From Phoronis australis (Eukaryota; Animalia; Phoronida): a stretch of 64,000 bases of DNA. The stretch is taken from the NCBI GenBank assembly GCA_002633005.1, contig NMRA01000296.1, positions 1-64,000 of the forward strand. The letters are read 5' to 3'. Position numbers and translations under genes: made by a program. The notes under the pieces were generated by a model that made no database searches, was not told the DNA's origin, and saw only the letters and a list, made by a program, of their open reading frames with translations. Positions 52,146 to 64,000 of the stretch are shown here, piece by piece; position 1 is the first letter of the stretch, and each line of letters starts with the position of its first letter.

Positions 52146-54589
52146 GAATGTAGTAAATCAGAGAAGTTCAAAATAAATGAAGTACACGCAACATTTCTAA
52201 AGGGAAATACTGTATAAATAGGAAGCTTTCGTTGTTACCTTTGAGAGCAAAAAGATTGTTCGCTTTTTTACAATTTTTGACTGGCTAGCAGGCTACTTTG
52301 GTTCACAGCGATGGTTAATTACGCTTTGTCAGACAGAAAACATCGGGCATTGTACACACTCGCAGAATTGTCTTTAAAATATATCATATCGTCACGTTTT
52401 ACCGTATACATCGCAACACAAAATAAATGAGCTGGAAAGACTGAATATTGCTACAATCTTGTCCTTGTCCAACATTAGGCGGCGCATCACAGGGGGCTGG
52501 GTTATGTAGCCAACACCAACTATTTCAATGCTGCGCTGCCCATGAATAAGATAGGTTCGAAATCAATATGGTTAAGTGGTGACGATTTTACTTAATCCAC
52601 CAATTTGAAAATTTGCACAATGAAAGTTTCAAAAAGTATTCATGCTTATTCCAAGTGACAGTTTCTTCAGCGTTTCGGCTTCACTAAAAATTATTCAAAT
52701 CAGTCCACAATGTGGACAACAATAAGGCCACAAAAGAAAGTTCACAAGCACCAGAATTTTAGTTCAGTGACCGTGTTATCGATTATCTCACGTTTTTGTA
52801 AAACTCAAGAGACAAACAATGTTTTTGGTTTCAGTGAACTTTATTGTTCTATAATCAATAATTATGTAAAAGCACATGGATTGAAACACATTACTACGAA
52901 AAATTATCACATACTAGCTCAAATAAAATATTCGTAAACAATTGTAAAGAATATACGTAACACCGTTCATAAGTATAATATTACTCTTTACATCATTGAA
53001 TAAGAATCACAGTAACGCTCGCATACATGCTGAAAAGAATGATCGGAGAAATAATATAGCAAACACGTAATGTCAAGGCAAAATGCACCAAACATTTCAA
53101 ATAACAACATCAGGACGGAATGTAGACTTTCTTCCAATTCACTACTTGCACAAATTCGCCTTTATGCTTCAAAACAAGGTGTTGTGTCAAAACTACAATT
53201 GTTTTTCGTGTTTGGATGAACACGCGCGCTTTCATGTTTGCGTTGTTAAAACTGATGCTAAAACTAGCTTCACCACAATAAATAGTCTCTCCACGTACAT
53301 TGGAACCAGAAGCGTGACGTATCAGCAATAATAATTACTCGGAGATTTCCGGGAGATAGCCTCGTAAAATATAAACACGGTAAGAAACCACCACAGCTTC
53401 TTTTACATTTTGTGTACAAGTGGAAGGCAAAATGGTGCAAAATAAAGAAAACGGCTCTCACTCATAATCTTAGTTTGGCGCTTATAAGTTCATTTAGTAT
53501 CGGCAAATTGTTTCAGCCTTCGATAATGTACAAGTACCTTTTTAACTCGTGACGTTCTACACCCAATCAGAGCAGAAATTACCATGAAAAATGTCTTCCG
53601 GTTTTAAATATAGTCGAAATTAAGACGGTTGAAAATGAAATTTTTTACTTAATAAATACGCAAAACGTGGTTTATTACGATGGTCATTAGCTGCAAACCC
53701 AGCCTTTGGTAAAGTTTACGTGAGTTGCCATGCTTCGTTCTGACCGGTAGTGCTCGCAATAAAGTCGGCTTACGACCATCTTAGCTACAACCGAGCCTAC
53801 GAATTTTGACAAAACGGGCCTCCCGTGACTGCTCAAAGGCAAGTGACTTATAGCTCAAGTCAGATATTTTATCGAACATTCCCACTTCACTGTCACTGGA
53901 TGACACGTTTACAGTACAGACAGCTAGCAAACCACAGTTGCGCAATAACAAAAACCACGATGCAATCTGTTTAATCATAGAACTTTTCAAGAACCAGATT
54001 AAAAAAGTTGACTCCATTCAAAACATTACCCTTGCAAATTCACGAGTGTGTAAACACTAAGACCAGACCACAAGAACTCATGTCTCCTATATATTTTGGC
54101 GACAACGCTACTGTCATAAGGCGAAAAGGTGATAATGATCTCATCTTTTTAATCTCCAGAATACTGATGGATTTAATCTCATTTTGGATGCAGTGGACCA
54201 ACTGTGACACTGGAAGCGCCAACATGAATATCCTTAATGCTTTGCACTATTTTAAAGGAAGCTATCACAAACACAAGGCCCATTCACAAATTGAGAAAAT
54301 CCAATAAATATTTCACGGCTTATATACAGTTTCCTGGAATGTAAGTTCAAAATTACATAAAAATATGCCATGAATTGCAGCCCTGCTAATAGAGCATGGG
54401 TTTAAGGTTATACTCTGAACACCTGTAGTAACCATTGTAGGAAAATAAATGCTTAGATAAATAAATTTTAATCTCACCAACAAGAATCATATTAAACTGT
54501 ACTGGATATTTGATCCAACCAATCACCACAGGGATTGGCTACCCCAAGCCAGTCACCAATCAGATTATCTACTCCAGGCCAATCACCAA

Positions 54590-57500
54590 TCAAGTCAGCC
54601 TTTCCAGGGAATTGGTGAACTTGAGTAGGTCGACCAATCCCAGGTGTAGTTCTTCTTTCATCACTTTGTAGTAGAACTCAGGAGACGTGTGGCGCATTCG
54701 CACAAGCCCATGTACAAGTTTTCCATCAAAGTCGGCAAACCTACAGGTGTGACATTAAAAAACTCATGCACATGTACCAGTTTCTCAGAAAAGACCTCAC
54801 TACCTTTAAGGGACATTCTTGGTGAGAAAAGTTGTTTTAGACATCAGCAGTAGCGCCGAACCGAACACATTAGTTCTACAGTAGCTCTGCCCCTGAGCAG
54901 GGCTCGACATAACGAGCTGCAGGTCGCATTTGCGACCTGAAATTTGAAAATGCAAGCTGAGATTTCTGTCAGCTCATATCAAGTCACAAAATGCGACCTG
55001 GAATTTCCAACGAATGAAAGCTGAGGTTTTACACTTCTCGGCAGATACCTGGCAATGATATGAAAGCAAGTCTTGTTAATCCGACCGTCATTTGGTTGTT
55101 GCCAAATCCAAGTTCAAACGAACACTAAGGTCGATGTTCCCTAAGCCCTATATTCTATGCCCGTAGCCAGCTATTGCAAAATTGTGGTTAGCGAACTTTT
55201 TTCTTCTCTTCATACACCACNTAAAAAGGGCACAGTGTAGGTGGTATCGGTATCTAGGAAGTCACCCCTACTAGATGGGTTTTGTCTCGAAAAAATCGTA
55301 TTATTTTGTACCATTGCAGTCTTTTAATACCCCATTACCGCAAACACTCAGTTTACCGACTATCCTCTAAGCGTTCCTCCTCAACTTTTGAGAAATTCCA
55401 ACTGAGCGCCCACAGTTCAGGCTAGCGCACTACAAATGACCGCGCGTGGTTTAAAATTTACACGCAGCCTAAATGGTGTGTGACTCTCATTCTACGCAAC
55501 AAACTCAGTTTTCAAAAAATGTCTTTTCTCAATACGTAAAAACCAAATCCCGGCTTTGTTTTATGCCACCGAAAGAAAGTTAACACTAGTAACGTGCGTG
55601 TTGTTTTGTGACTGACCTATTTTTCCCGTGCTTGGAAGGTATATTGAGGAGCAAACTCGTCATTACCCGATGGAAACCTGCACGGAGGGAATCGAGAATT
55701 ATTTTGAGGTTATTCATTTCATGGAAAACTAATTGTTGAGTACGTAAACGGCATAAGTATCACATTTTGTTGTGAAATTTGCACTGAATTGTTCCCATGC
55801 ATCCAAATAGGTCATTCGGTTAGGGCATCGTTTCACGGATACTTTGACAGATGTTTTTCAAACATCGAGTTAAGTTGCAAAATTTGGGCTGCGAACAAAA
55901 AGTGGAGGGAATTTGCACTCCGAGTTAGTTTGAATCTTTAACGACTTTTATGACAGACACTAGCAGGTCAGACCTAGCAAAATCCAGGATACTTTTTCAC
56001 TTTTTCATCGGGCATTTTCTCCCTCTTCACATCGCAAACTTAGCTACTCGAATGCACGTGTCAGTTAGAGAGCGCTGATTCAACTTGCACGTCGGCAACT
56101 TGCCTTGCGCTCGGGAGCCTTTCAATGGTGGTCGTGAAGAACAGTAACGTCGTATCTGCATGAACGAAGTCACTTTTGCGATCTGAAATTTGTGGGTATT
56201 TAACGCTGCAGGTAAAAGCATAATCTAAACATTTTCTCCATAATCTAAAAAATCAATTTTGGCGCGTAAAAATGGAGGGAAAATTTGCGACCTGGCATTT
56301 ATGAATGCAAGTTGGATTTTGAAAATGCGACCTGGGATTTTGGCTAGGTCGCAAAATGCGACCTGGCAATTTTAATAATGTCGAGATCTGCTGAGCCAAA
56401 GCTTCTGAATAGATAGCAAAGTATTTTAAGCGGATTCAAATTGTGAAGACATCAACCTTGATTTCAATGAATGTCTGGCAGACAACACCAAGATTTGGTG
56501 ATTTGTAATAAAATCACAAAAACAACAGGTTTTCTTGTTTTAAAACTCTGGTCAAATTTTAATTAATAACTTCAAGAAATCTATCCCATCCAACAATAAT
56601 CATCAATATACTGCTTTTCGGCCGCAAAAACGAACATGTACCTTCAAAACAAATTCAGAACAAACAGAGTCCCCTGAATATAGTTCATGTTGACGTACAA
56701 GTATTCCTCTGGGAATGACACATACTCTTCAATATACGTGTGCACAATGCATGACTTGATAGTAAACGATTGGCAGTCATCAAAATGACGACAAAATTTC
56801 ATGAAGATAATGATGCGGGTGCAAAAAATAAAACCCCATGACGATCTTTCGAACCATTTGGCAAATAGGGAGGCGAACGCATCAAAACACTTAAATTGTC
56901 ACCAGGGGGCACACAACACAACAGAGCCATTAAAAAATTGTCTGGTGACATACCCTCAAACACATCTGCCAGGTTTTGAAAAGATCCATCGCGGTAGGGC
57001 GAATTGGTGACAATGACATTTGAAAAGTTAAGTCATACTACACCAACAATTTGACTTTTTTATCCGATACCAAAACCTTAACCTTACAAATACCCCAAAA
57101 TTGGTTAAAAAAATTCTTAACGATGATAGGATTTCGTTTTTGTTGCCATTAAAAAATCCAAAGTGCTTGGGAATAAAAAATACTTCACCCCACCCTGAAC
57201 AATATTGCTTCAATTTAATGGCAGGCAAAAATTTCAATTTCAAATAATAGTATGAGTTCCTCTTCCAAATCCTGTTCGATAGGCAAAGCTCACTTTGAAA
57301 GAATATTTCTTTACTTCATGGTTATGAAGTAAGTGAAACTGAAGCCCTACAAAGAAATACATAAAAAAGCAGAGTTCCATGAGTGAAGTAAGACACATGT
57401 ACTGGTGTGCCACAACCGTGAACAATTCATTTATACTTAGCGCCACATGAAAGTCTGCTATTACGTACTTGTGGGAGTGGTGCTGCAGGTCAAGTTTGGC

Positions 57501-60500
57501 AAGCCATTCCATGACGTCTTCATGCGTCCAGGAATCTAGGACACTAATCACAGGCATACTAGGTGGCGGTACTGAGACGGTGGTGGAAGAGACAAACTCA
57601 CCTGATTGGATAAAAGAAATGTATCTGATAATTTTGCCTTCTTTATGATTTGTACCTGAAACAACTCTACTGTTTCGAAAATTCTCCTGCCCATCAGTAC
57701 CTGAAACAACTGTATTGTCTCTAAAAATTCCCTTTCCCTCGAGTGAGCGAAGGTCCTGCTGTTGTCTAAGCTCTACTGATAAATGGTATTTCTATTACAT
57801 TGTGTGCATCCCATAGCACAAGCATCATCCCTCATGAACATGACATATTAAACGGTGGAGTCAAAAAATATTTGCAGACAAAATTTTATCATTTTCTCGT
57901 TTTATAAGTGTCACGGCACAATCCAGGGCTTGGAATGTCCCATGACAAAAAAAGCGGAAATTTTTACGGCCCGAAAGATGCGCGCACCCAGCCTTGAAAA
58001 TGGGGGGGCTCGTATTTTTGTCGATGCGGACCTTTTGCCGAAAAAACATCGGGAAGACTAAAAAAGGTACCGTCTGCGTCATTTCAGCTCGTCCGTCCAC
58101 TCCCACCTCCACACGTTTTTGGCTGCAGAGTCGTAGTATTTCTTACCGCGATTCACAATCTCACGAGACGCCATTGAGGAAAACCACGCTATCCCAGGTG
58201 TCCCGGCAATGATAACAATTTACGTTCCTCCGAAACATAAAGAGCAACTTACGCTTTTCGAAGTGAAAGTCGTCGGTAACGCCGCGGCAAGAAAGAAATT
58301 TGCTGCGGAAATTTTATATCAAATCTGATTTTTTTTTACCTGGAAATATAATAAAATGCGCGGACAGAACATTTGAAAAAAGCGGAAATCCGCGTTTCCG
58401 CGGAAATTCCAAGCCCTGACAAACTCACTGTCTGTGGTGTCCTCTTCTATCACCCCTAGCTTCCCACGATTCCTGAGCTCACGAATCACATCCTGCAGTT
58501 TCGTTGTCCAATCACATTGCTGGCTGAAGTCGAAGTACAGCTTATTACCTATCATGGCCCCCAGCCATCCGCTAGGTCTGAAGTCCTTTTGCAGCAACAA
58601 CGGCACTACATCTTTGCGTAAGCGGAATGTGTACTCACCCTCTGCAAATGAAGGCCAAAGTTTAAAAGGACACAAAACCCTGTTTTGATGATTTCAAGCG
58701 TTCATTGTTCTGTCACCTGCTAAAGCATCCTTGATGTCAATCTTCCAAGTTAAAAGCAAGAATCAACTAAAAACTCATACTCCCTGGGACACAGATTGGG
58801 ATTTTACGGTCCTTGGTGGATGGTCTTTACCACAGTTGCCACGTTATTCGCTAAAAGCAGAGGTCACTCTATCCCATCTGGCAGACTTTGAAAGGAGTTT
58901 CAAATTTTTCCTCCAAACTTTTGAGGGTTGTCAAGGGTCACAGAGCATTATTTTGTTTCAGAGAACTGGATGGGAAAGTTGTTTTAGTATATGTTAATGG
59001 GCCAAAACCGGGTTTGGTATCCCTTTAAGTACAAGTACCAAATCAAGATTCACAAGAATTTTCAACAATTGAAAAGTTTGAAAAATCATGGAACTTAAAC
59101 CAAAATGCAAGGCAAATCTGCACCAATATCTAGCAATGATTTAGCAATTACCGGTACTACTATGAAAGCCACTACTGTCATGGATTATCTTGTTGATACA
59201 GAGCGTTTTCGAGCAGAGATTTTCACCCATGTCCAGCACTGGAAACTCTCCCATTACATTAAGTAAGTGTTGCAACTGTGAACTCTCATACATACCAGTC
59301 CTACAGTTGGGACTGTCCATGTACTTCTGTGACATGCATACAATCACTACAGCGGCGTTCTCTACAGCATTAGCCATGGCCTCGAGTATGCTGCCCTCTG
59401 TAACAGGAACAATGCAAAGTGCTGATGTGTGCTCACAAGTGTGCCGTGCATGGTATTTTATCATGGGTCGTGTGGGATGTATATTAATTCCATGAAATAT
59501 GATTACTGAAGTCAGGTGGCAACCGTATCCAAGCTGAAAATCAAATAGACACACACCTACACACAAACAACCACACAAAAACACCCACACACAAACACTC
59601 ACACACAAACATAAAACCACACTTGAAAATAGGGTCCATGCATTGTACTGGGAAGACATCAACAGGAATGGTCAAGTGGCTAAACAATTTTTTGATGTTT
59701 TCCCAAAAGTATTAGCAGATGAAGTATTGTTTAACTGAGACAAAAATAATTAATGTAAGAAAGAGCAGACCTGGGTCCACAAAACATTATCAAGTTTCTT
59801 TATTTTAAGACTTGAGAAACAATGGCGTAATTATGCTTTGAAAACGATAAGTTCAACACACTATTATAATTGTAAAATCTCTTATGCATCTTATTCATGT
59901 CCATGATACCACAGACGTATAGCTGGTGTTTAATCAAATATACTTTCACTTGCCCAGATTTTCAGAAATCCACACCAGCTTGTTTGGCAAAAATATAACA
60001 AGTCAACACTGACAGAGGGTACATCATTATCTGCAGTATGCCTGAAACCTGTTCAATGATAAAACATCACTTTTCTGTCACAATTTTGCAATGTCCATAA
60101 TGGGCATGGTGAAGAAATGACCAATCAGGGATCCATAATTTATGAGGTCACAGTTCACAGAGATTTTCCTGGTTTTAAGGGTAAAACATGTCATATTCAA
60201 AGCACCTCATTGCCATTAGTTTCTGATCTTCAGGAACAGAACCAGTGTAATTTAGTAGGCGAATGCTTTCCAATTTCATAATGCAGTAATTAAATTGCTG
60301 GTAACTATGACAGTTCATTTTCACGTCATAATTTTGGAAAACATTTTTAACAAAACAAATGGAAATAGTTGTCCCTGGCAATGTCTTTGAGATCCCATAA
60401 AGAACTAACTGAACTTCAGACTACAAGCTCTTACAACTACTCTTTTGGAGAAATATTAGGTCACATCCTTTATCTGGAAAGAAGAACACAGTGAATTGAA

Positions 60501-62796
60501 TTACACTCGGAAGTAATCACAATCAACAGAAAATGCTAAAACTTTCATCTTCTCTTTGTTTCTTGGCAGACATTTATTACCATAAATTATGGGAAAACAT
60601 GCTCCAACAGACAAGGAAAATAGTGCAGAAAGCTATCACCAACAGGGGATGCTTCAGCAATCAAATTTGTGTGAAAATGGACTAGAGCTGAAACATTCCT
60701 ACCATAAGCGAAAACTTATAAATCATGACATCTGGAACTTACTATGAAAAAAATTCCCAACACTGTGGAGCCACCTGGCTCCTTTTACTGAGGATTTGTG
60801 ACTGACTAGTTCCCGAAAAAACTACATCGCCCTCTGTTGGTGTTCATAGACAACAGGTGCAATGCTTGTCTATTGAGAGAGGGTTTCTTTAACCCAGACA
60901 GCCTCTCTGCCACCTCTTTCAAACCAATATAACTTTCTCTGTCCAGTACACTCACTATGAACACCGGCAGAGGACGATGAAATTTTCGCTTGAATCAGTC
61001 AGTCATCATTCCCCAGTAGAAGGAGCTAGGCGGCTCCACAACGTCAGGAAATTTCATTCTATAGTAAGTTGCAGAAGTCATGACTTAAAAGTTTTTACAT
61101 CTAAATAGTCACCTGGATGAGTAATAATGTCCATCATCTAATCCCTTCCATACACATCTCTGTCAAATTTCATCAAAATCTGTCAGACCGTTCAATCAAT
61201 AATTGACGACCATACAGTATGTTGTAGAAACCGCCCACAGTTTGTACCGTGGTAGTCGAACTCATCATAAAATTAACTTGTGCTGGCGCATCTCCGTCAC
61301 AAAAAAATTGTCTTGATCCTTCAAGCAGTTTTGAGAAAATATACGGACGAACAGTGAACGGATGACAGACAGACTATATGTGACAGCATTTTGTGGGTAC
61401 ATAACAAATAAAACAGCTTTTAACTCACACCTTTAAAACTACACACAGTAACTTCTCACCAATGTTGGACAAAAACAACAGTTGAAATCCCCTGTTCTTC
61501 TGACATTGTTTTGGATGCTTACCATTTTTCAAAATGTTTAGTTACGACCATATGATCACCATGAAACACCCCCTATTTGTTTTCTATTACGGTACGTTTC
61601 AAAAACTTTTACACAATGTATTGTATAGCAAAAATTGCCACTTGGAATACTCCTTGCAACAGGATATAATTTTGGCGGCATTCCTAAACATTTTTGTAAG
61701 ACACCACATGTTCCTCCTCAGAGTACATACTTACCAACAAAAACACAAGGGCTGAAAGCAACTGATTTCTGACCAAGGTAAATTCCCCCAATAATGCCCG
61801 TGAGAGGCCATTTCATGAGTGGTCTTGCATATGTGACCCATCACGTTTACAAAAAAAAAATGCCAAAAACAAGTCATTAGGCGAGATCTGGAGAAACTTC
61901 TGTTGTATCCAAGACACAACGTGGTACGTACAGAGCACTCAATTTAATAACTAATTAGGCCAATATGTGAAAAAAGCCTACTTAGTTCTGGTCTGCACCC
62001 AACTCATTTTGAAACCCATGCTCACTACCCAAAGAAAAGAAAAATACCTGCCTGCATTAATTTTTTAAAAAGCCCCACAAAAGCACGGAAACAAGGTTTT
62101 AAACACCTGTTAGGCATGAGTGCTACCTCACACGTTTGCTCGTCTCAGGTGGATTTTTTTTGAAAAGTGAGCAGTTTACTGAAATACCTCACCACGACAA
62201 CAATTTTCAAAACATCCAAAGATCAGAACCACATTTGTTATTTTGGCCTAGAATATCGTTGACTGAAGTAGAAGATAATATGTGCAATTGTTGGCTTGGG
62301 TGGTAAATAACACACTTACTTGATAAGTTCTACACGTAACAGCAGAAGGTAAGACCTGTTAACTTCAAAAATACTGACACTATCCATTTACAGTATTGGC
62401 AAATATCTCCCTCACCACCAGGTTGCGCAGTACACATCAAAAGTTATCAGACCTCTTGTGACAGGTCATACCCACAACTCGAATGGAGAATTCCGCTTAC
62501 CCTCAGCCATCATGAAAACAAATTCTGCTTGAACTCAGCCGCCATAATGGGGATTTCCAAATAATTTTGTCCGATACTTTTTGGTGTGTACCGTAGAATG
62601 TCTACTATTTCCCCTCTGTCATTTACAAGACACATTTCCTCAGAAAACGTCGCACAAGATTTGAATGTATTACCCATTTGTTCAACATCCATCCACACTT
62701 TGTAGCCAGCCTCCTTCAGCTTGTCCTTGACCCATAACATCGTCTTCTGACTATCCCACTGATAACTAATCATCACGTGCTGCACGTTCTCATGAG
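54590..62796 (-). CDS. TIR + C-terminal SAM domain protein (5' exons not found in window); exons 62796-62674, 59397-59296, 58641-58429, 57601-57469, 54740-54590
   Basis: TIR: HVMISYQWDSQKTMLWVKDKLKEAGYKVWMDVEQMEGSILEAMANAVENAAVVIVCMSQKYMDSPNCRTEGEYTFRLRKDVVPLLLQKDFRPSGWLG; SAM-like: WTHEDVMEWLAKLDLQHHSHKFADFDGKLVHGL...LKFTNSLERLT*; all GT-AG, phases consistent. Confidence 0.92.
54898..56390. mobile_element. 1.5 kb non-autonomous hAT-type element with 5-bp TSD (hAT5-like)
   Basis: CTGAG|CAGGGCTCGACAT...ATGTCGAGATCTG|CTGAG; clustered TGCGACCTG subterminal repeats at both ends. Confidence 0.85.
57924..58418. mobile_element. hAT-like MITE inserted 10 nt from a TIR-gene splice donor
   Basis: CAGGGCTTGGAAT...ATTCCAAGCCCTG perfect 13-bp TIR; gcggaa subrepeats. 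Confidence 0.85.
58666..59024. mobile_element. ~360 bp TTAA-site MITE (Kolobok-type), copy C, ~22 nt from a splice acceptor
   Basis: TTAA|AAGGACACAAAACCC...GGGTTTGGTATCCCT|TTAA. Confidence 0.85.
60711..61096. mobile_element. Palindromic (foldback) MITE with ~140 bp arms
   Basis: aaaactt...tcatgac...aacttactat...gtggagcc...gctcctt...tgactgact mirrored by agtcagtca...aaggagc...ggctccac...atagtaagtt...gtcatga...aagtttt. Confidence 0.8.
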
Positions 62797-63289
62797 CTGC
62801 AAAATAAACCACATGAGTTACAACGATCATTTCGTTTCATGTAGGATTGACGAAGCAGTGACGATAAGACGAGACGAGTTCAGTAAATTTTCTTCACATT
62901 ACAACACAATATAGTGGAACAGTAAAATTTATATTTTAACAAAATTTTCAACACAAGCAAACAAGAACTAAAATTTTACTGATTAATAAAAATGTTATTT
63001 TTTATGGCTGTCATCAATAAACACACAATGAAAGTTTGAACATTTTTGGATTTTTGGCAATACACTGTCACAGTTTTGGTCATTATTTTTGTTTTAATTT
63101 GAGGAAACTTTAGCGTACTTTGTGTCTCAGGTGTACTACAACCGAACACACTGACAGTGAGTGACAATCTACTTTCATCTTTCACTCGAATCAATTTAAA
63201 GATTGCCTCAATACTATTTCATTACTACAAGTTTGTAAATTACCCCGATTACAAAATTTGTATTTAAAAGATCATGATATCAGAAAGCC

Positions 63290-64000
63290 AGGTATTCAAT
63301 TAAATCAGTTTTTGGCCACAATAAGATTAAAAACCGGACGATCGCCGCACAAATAAAAAAGTTCAAGTTCAATTCAATGTTTCGTCTTTTCATTAGACAT
63401 CATCAGGATCATATTTACAACAATTTAGGACAACAAGTGCCAACATACAGCTCAGGTAACATCCATAGAGTGAAGTGAGAGATACATAGAATATAGTCAG
63501 TAGCTGGTCATCACCATAGTTACAGGGTCACTGAGCTCTGCATGTTATTCAGAGAATCAGTGGCATGCTGGTTCTGAATGGCCAATGACTCTTTAATGTA
63601 CAGTAACTCATTAGGTTCTCAGCAGACAATACTAACATAGTTGGCTTGGTGATTGTAGCTAATACAATGCCTATATACGTTACTTTTCTCTGAGGTGTGA
63701 TGTTCTTTCAACCTGTCACAGAGGCGTCTCTGTGTGAGTCCTATATAGAATTCCTTACAGTTGTCACATTCAACCTTATACACAACATTGCTCTTGTTCA
63801 ATAAAGGGATGTGTGACTTCAGTTTACACAGCATATTGGAAAGTTTCCGAAGGGTTTGAAAACAACTATCAGTTCAACTGCTGGGTCTATGCAAATTTTG
63901 ATAGTGACGTAGCTATGATTTTCCAGTTATTGCGTGCCAATGGTTACCCTCTGAATTTTCTGAATAGCCGTAAAAGGCACTTTCTTTCAAAAATGAACGA
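63290..64000 (-). mobile_element. Decayed Penelope-like element (GIY-YIG end plus pLTR), probably in a TIR-gene intron, continuing past the window
   Basis: KSNVVYKVECDNCKEFYIGLTQRRLCDRLKEH...LYIKESLAI with stops and frameshifts; hammerhead motif downstream. Confidence 0.88.
63375..63408 (-). ncRNA. Degenerate hammerhead motif in the second Penelope pLTR
   Basis: Minus strand C-CTGATGA-T-GTCT-aatgaaa-AGAC-GAAA-CATT-G; core and stem II intact, stem III ACAT instead of ACGT. Confidence 0.6.

Noticed and set aside
52760-52850. CAGTGA loops downstream of Nramp as possible iron-responsive elements
   Set aside because: Flanks do not form the 5-bp upper stem with a bulged C, and an AATAAA at ~52172 probably ends the mRNA earlier
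54514-54595. Clustered CCAAT boxes
   Set aside because: A ~30-bp three-copy tandem repeat in the TIR-SAM 3' UTR, not a promoter position

Overview
Eukaryotic, intron-rich DNA, most likely from an invertebrate animal; most listed ORFs are spurious. Bases 1-26.3 kb are almost all repetitive. They hold a 5'-truncated Penelope-like retroelement with a hammerhead ribozyme and a ~21 kb degenerate macrosatellite (~2 kb unit). The array has been invaded by THAP-bearing Kolobok-type elements, Helentron-type HINEs, MITEs and LINE ends. The right half holds four spliced genes that I assembled by hand: (1) a 41-aa Cys/His microprotein missed by the ORF track; (2) an intact 14-exon, 558-aa SLC11/Nramp transporter whose selectivity and proton-coupling residues are replaced (MPH->QPH, DMQE->DIQQ, YLH->YLL); (3) an F-box gene nested antisense in Nramp intron 5; (4) the 3' part of a TIR-SAM gene that keeps the putative NADase glutamate and has a recursive-splice-like exon. 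The strongest lead is the rewired Nramp, a possible uncoupled Mg2+/Ca2+-type animal SLC11, next to the metal-binding-like microprotein. All gene models and family calls come from manual reading, not database searches.
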